Source: an uncultured Spirochaetota bacterium
GTDB taxonomy: Bacteria; Spirochaetota; Spirochaetia; SZUA-6; Fen-1364
Direction: 5' to 3'
Length of the DNA stretch: 64,000 nucleotides
Assembly (NCBI GenBank): GCA_963781885.1
Contig: CAWAHW010000001.1
Location: 480,001 to 544,000 of the forward strand
The position numbers were made by a program, and so were the translations under genes. A model generated the notes under the pieces. The model saw only the letters and a list, made by a program, of their open reading frames with translations. It searched no databases and was not told the DNA's origin. Below, piece after piece: positions 62,115 through 64,000 of this stretch. Every line of letters begins with the position of its first letter. Positions within the stretch are counted from its first letter, which is position 1.

Positions 62115-62322
62115 TCGCCGCGTGCCGGACGGCCAGGACATCGTAACGGGGATCAACGGAGGATTGGAGCTCTTCCGGATTCCATTGGGTTGCGAACAGT
62201 TTGTCCCGCTTCATGGCGCGTTCGGCAGACCGCAGCGCCCAATCCACCGCGGCGGTCTTTGTTCGGATTCCCGCAAGCTTCATGAGCCGAGACAGTCTCC
62301 GCTCATCAATTTCAATCGTCAT
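62104..62322 (-). CDS. vapB: VapB antitoxin (DUF2191-like); possible CTG start at 62328
   Basis: MTIEIDERRL...TKTAAVDWAL; overlaps the vapC start. Confidence 0.85.
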   Translation of the reverse strand: MTIEIDERRLSRLMKLAGIRTKTAAVDWALRSAERAMKRDKLFATQWNPEELQSSVDPRYDVLAVRHAANDR

Positions 62323-62334
62323 CTTCAGCCTGCA

Positions 62335-62370
62335 AGGATATGGGCAAAACACCCATACGTCAACCCATAC
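62335..62370 (-). promoter_or_regulatory. vapBC sigma70 promoter with TATGGG/CCCATA operator repeats
   Basis: TTGACG-17 nt-TATCCT; TATGGG-N7-CCCATA inverted repeat plus an extra CCCATAC. Confidence 0.75.
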
Positions 62371-62392
62371 TATTGGCGCCGGCCTCCCATGC

Positions 62393-62885
62393 TCATGCGA
62401 CGTGAATGAGAGCGTTTGCGGCCGCTGCCATTGATTCGATCGCAGCGGCATCTATGAGAAGCACTTCCCGCGACCAACGCGGGTTGCCCAGGAGGGAGAA
62501 CCTGTCCCAAAGGGTGAGTCGGTCACGATGAAGCTCGCCGCCGAAGAGGCTATCGGCGAAGGCATGCGCCGAAAGCCATTCGGGATAAGCGCCCCTGAGC
62601 TCCGCTTGAGCCTGCTCTCCCTGGTACATGCTGCAGAGGAATAATCCCACCTTGCGGCTGAGAAGCTCCTCGCGCTGGCGATTGCAGAAGGTGGTCACCT
62701 CCCGCTGGATCTTTGCGCCGTAGATGGAGCCACCAATCAACACGACGTTCGAACTCGTGCGCATCCGGCCAAGGCTGGCGCGCGAGGTCCACGATTACCG
62801 CCTCCGCGCGTATCCGCTGGCCTAAAATGCGTGCGCAGGCTGCCGTGGTCCCATACTTCGACCTGTATGCAATCAGGACTCGCAT
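62393..62885 (-). CDS. Flavodoxin-domain (HemG-like) protein, frameshift near 62750
   Basis: LIAYRSKYGTT; continues VLIGGSIYGAK...GLFLC...FGG. Confidence 0.85.
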
Positions 62886-63311
62886 GTCATCTGCCCTCCC
62901 TGCTCCTTTTATTGCACTAAACTGACCGTGGTCTATCTCCGCGTACAATATACTCCTATTGGTGGTGACCAAGGCCCATCGTCCCGATGGTCTCCCCCCC
63001 CCCGATTCCGTCGAGTCGAATGGTCCGCCCGTCGCTTCTCCATTGCACTGATGATTGTGCCCACAAGGTAAGGTACCTTGTACTCTTCCGCTGAGGGGGA
63101 AAAGCAAATCACATAAGGGCTGTTCCGTGCCGCCACACCCCGGCATAGGCTCTTCGACATTCAGCGGTTGTTCGGGAGGGCTTCAAATTCACGCCATTTG
63201 CTGGCGATTGCATCATGATAGTGATATAAATACCCAGGATTTCGCCTTCAAGTGGCACATCACTTGAAGCGCTGCTACGTCGAAAAGTTCGGTGCTTGAG
63301 AGGGCCCAGAA

Positions 63312-64000
63312 ATGGCAGAGCAAGGACGGCCGTCAAAGAAGTCGCAAGGCAAAGAGACAAGGGCTGAGAGCTATCGCTATCCAGAAGCAGAAAGCCCCTT
63401 GCGGCCTGAAGCGGGCACCCAGGCTCAGTTCAGGAAGAAGAAACCCCCGGCCACATACAAATACGATTCTTCTCTCTCTCCCGTTCTGGAGTGGGACGGA
63501 CAAAACAGTGCGCGCGAGCTTGGCGAATTTCTTCTTGCCTGCATCCGCGATGCAGCGCTGCTTCCCTCACCGCACGTATTCGAAAAGCCACGCGAGCTGC
63601 GGCTGAACGACGGAACGCTTCGGGCATCTGTTCGGGATCTGCACGATGCCGTAGAACAGCTCGCCGCTCTCGGCAAGCCCTTCCTCAATTGGACGGGCAA
63701 GGCAGAACGTCTTTCTTTCGATGTTCCCACGCTCCCGCTTTTCGTTCACGAACGCCTTTCCACGGCGGGAATCATCGAGACCTTGAAGGGGCATCGCAAG
63801 CCGCAGGCGGTGCAGCTCGACCTTTTTGGCGATCCGCAGCACCCCATCGCAGATCAGCTCCTTCGCGCCTACGAGTACAAGGACAAGTGGGTGAACCGCA
63901 TGGTGCTGGGCGATTCGCTCGTCGTGATGAATTCACTGCTTCACTATGAGGGTCTTGGCGGCCAGGTGCAGACCATCTATATGGATCCGCCCTACGGGGT
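63312..64000 (+). CDS. Site-specific DNA adenine methyltransferase (Type III Mod-like), truncated by the window end
   Basis: Manual translation: YKYDSSLSPVLEWD...FLNWTGKAE...NRMVLGDSLVVMNSLL...IYMDPPYG. Confidence 0.9.
   Translation, partial: MAEQGRPSKKSQGKETRAESYRYPEAESPLRPEAGTQAQFRKKKPPATYKYDSSLSPVLEWDGQNSARELGEFLLACIRDAALLPSPHVFEKPRELRLNDGTLRASVRDLHDAVEQLAALGKPFLNWTGKAERLSFDVPTLPLFVHERLSTAGIIETLKGHRKPQAVQLDLFGDPQHPIADQLLRAYEYKDKWVNRMVLGDSLVVMNSLLHYEGLGGQVQTIYMDPPYG

Noticed and set aside
62890-63310. Short ORFs or RNA gene in the spacer before the methyltransferase
   Set aside because: No recognisable protein motif, tRNA cloverleaf or att site.

Overview
High-GC bacterial DNA. Gene content (LolA-like ABC operon, FecR/PEGA/beta-barrel lipoprotein cluster) suggests a free-living Spirochaetia; this is an inference. 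About 45 genes: EVE/MarR/MFS genes, a peptide-binding protein plus radical SAM/SPASM RiPP locus, two two-component/ABC modules (one with a sigma-54 promoter), hydrolases/SDRs/DegP, a ~19 kb cell-surface cluster, an SF1 helicase, HicAB and VapBC modules, and the start of a Type III-like DNA methyltransferase. About nine unrelated genes carry single-base frameshifts, most likely long-read assembly errors, which limits confidence in any single stop or frameshift. Best leads: (1) an unannotated geopeptide-like precursor (5211-5306, MIIEIVEEGY*ELDEMGPMMCCGLVVGSTGR, in-frame TAG) with a stem-loop and a SPASM maturase; (2) an AbrB/MazE domain fused to a FliG C-terminal-like domain with its own operator; (3) a surface cluster with a beta-barrel/transglutaminase-like/TPR protein beside two giant Ig-repeat proteins. 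No rRNA, tRNA, CRISPR array or transposase was recognised.
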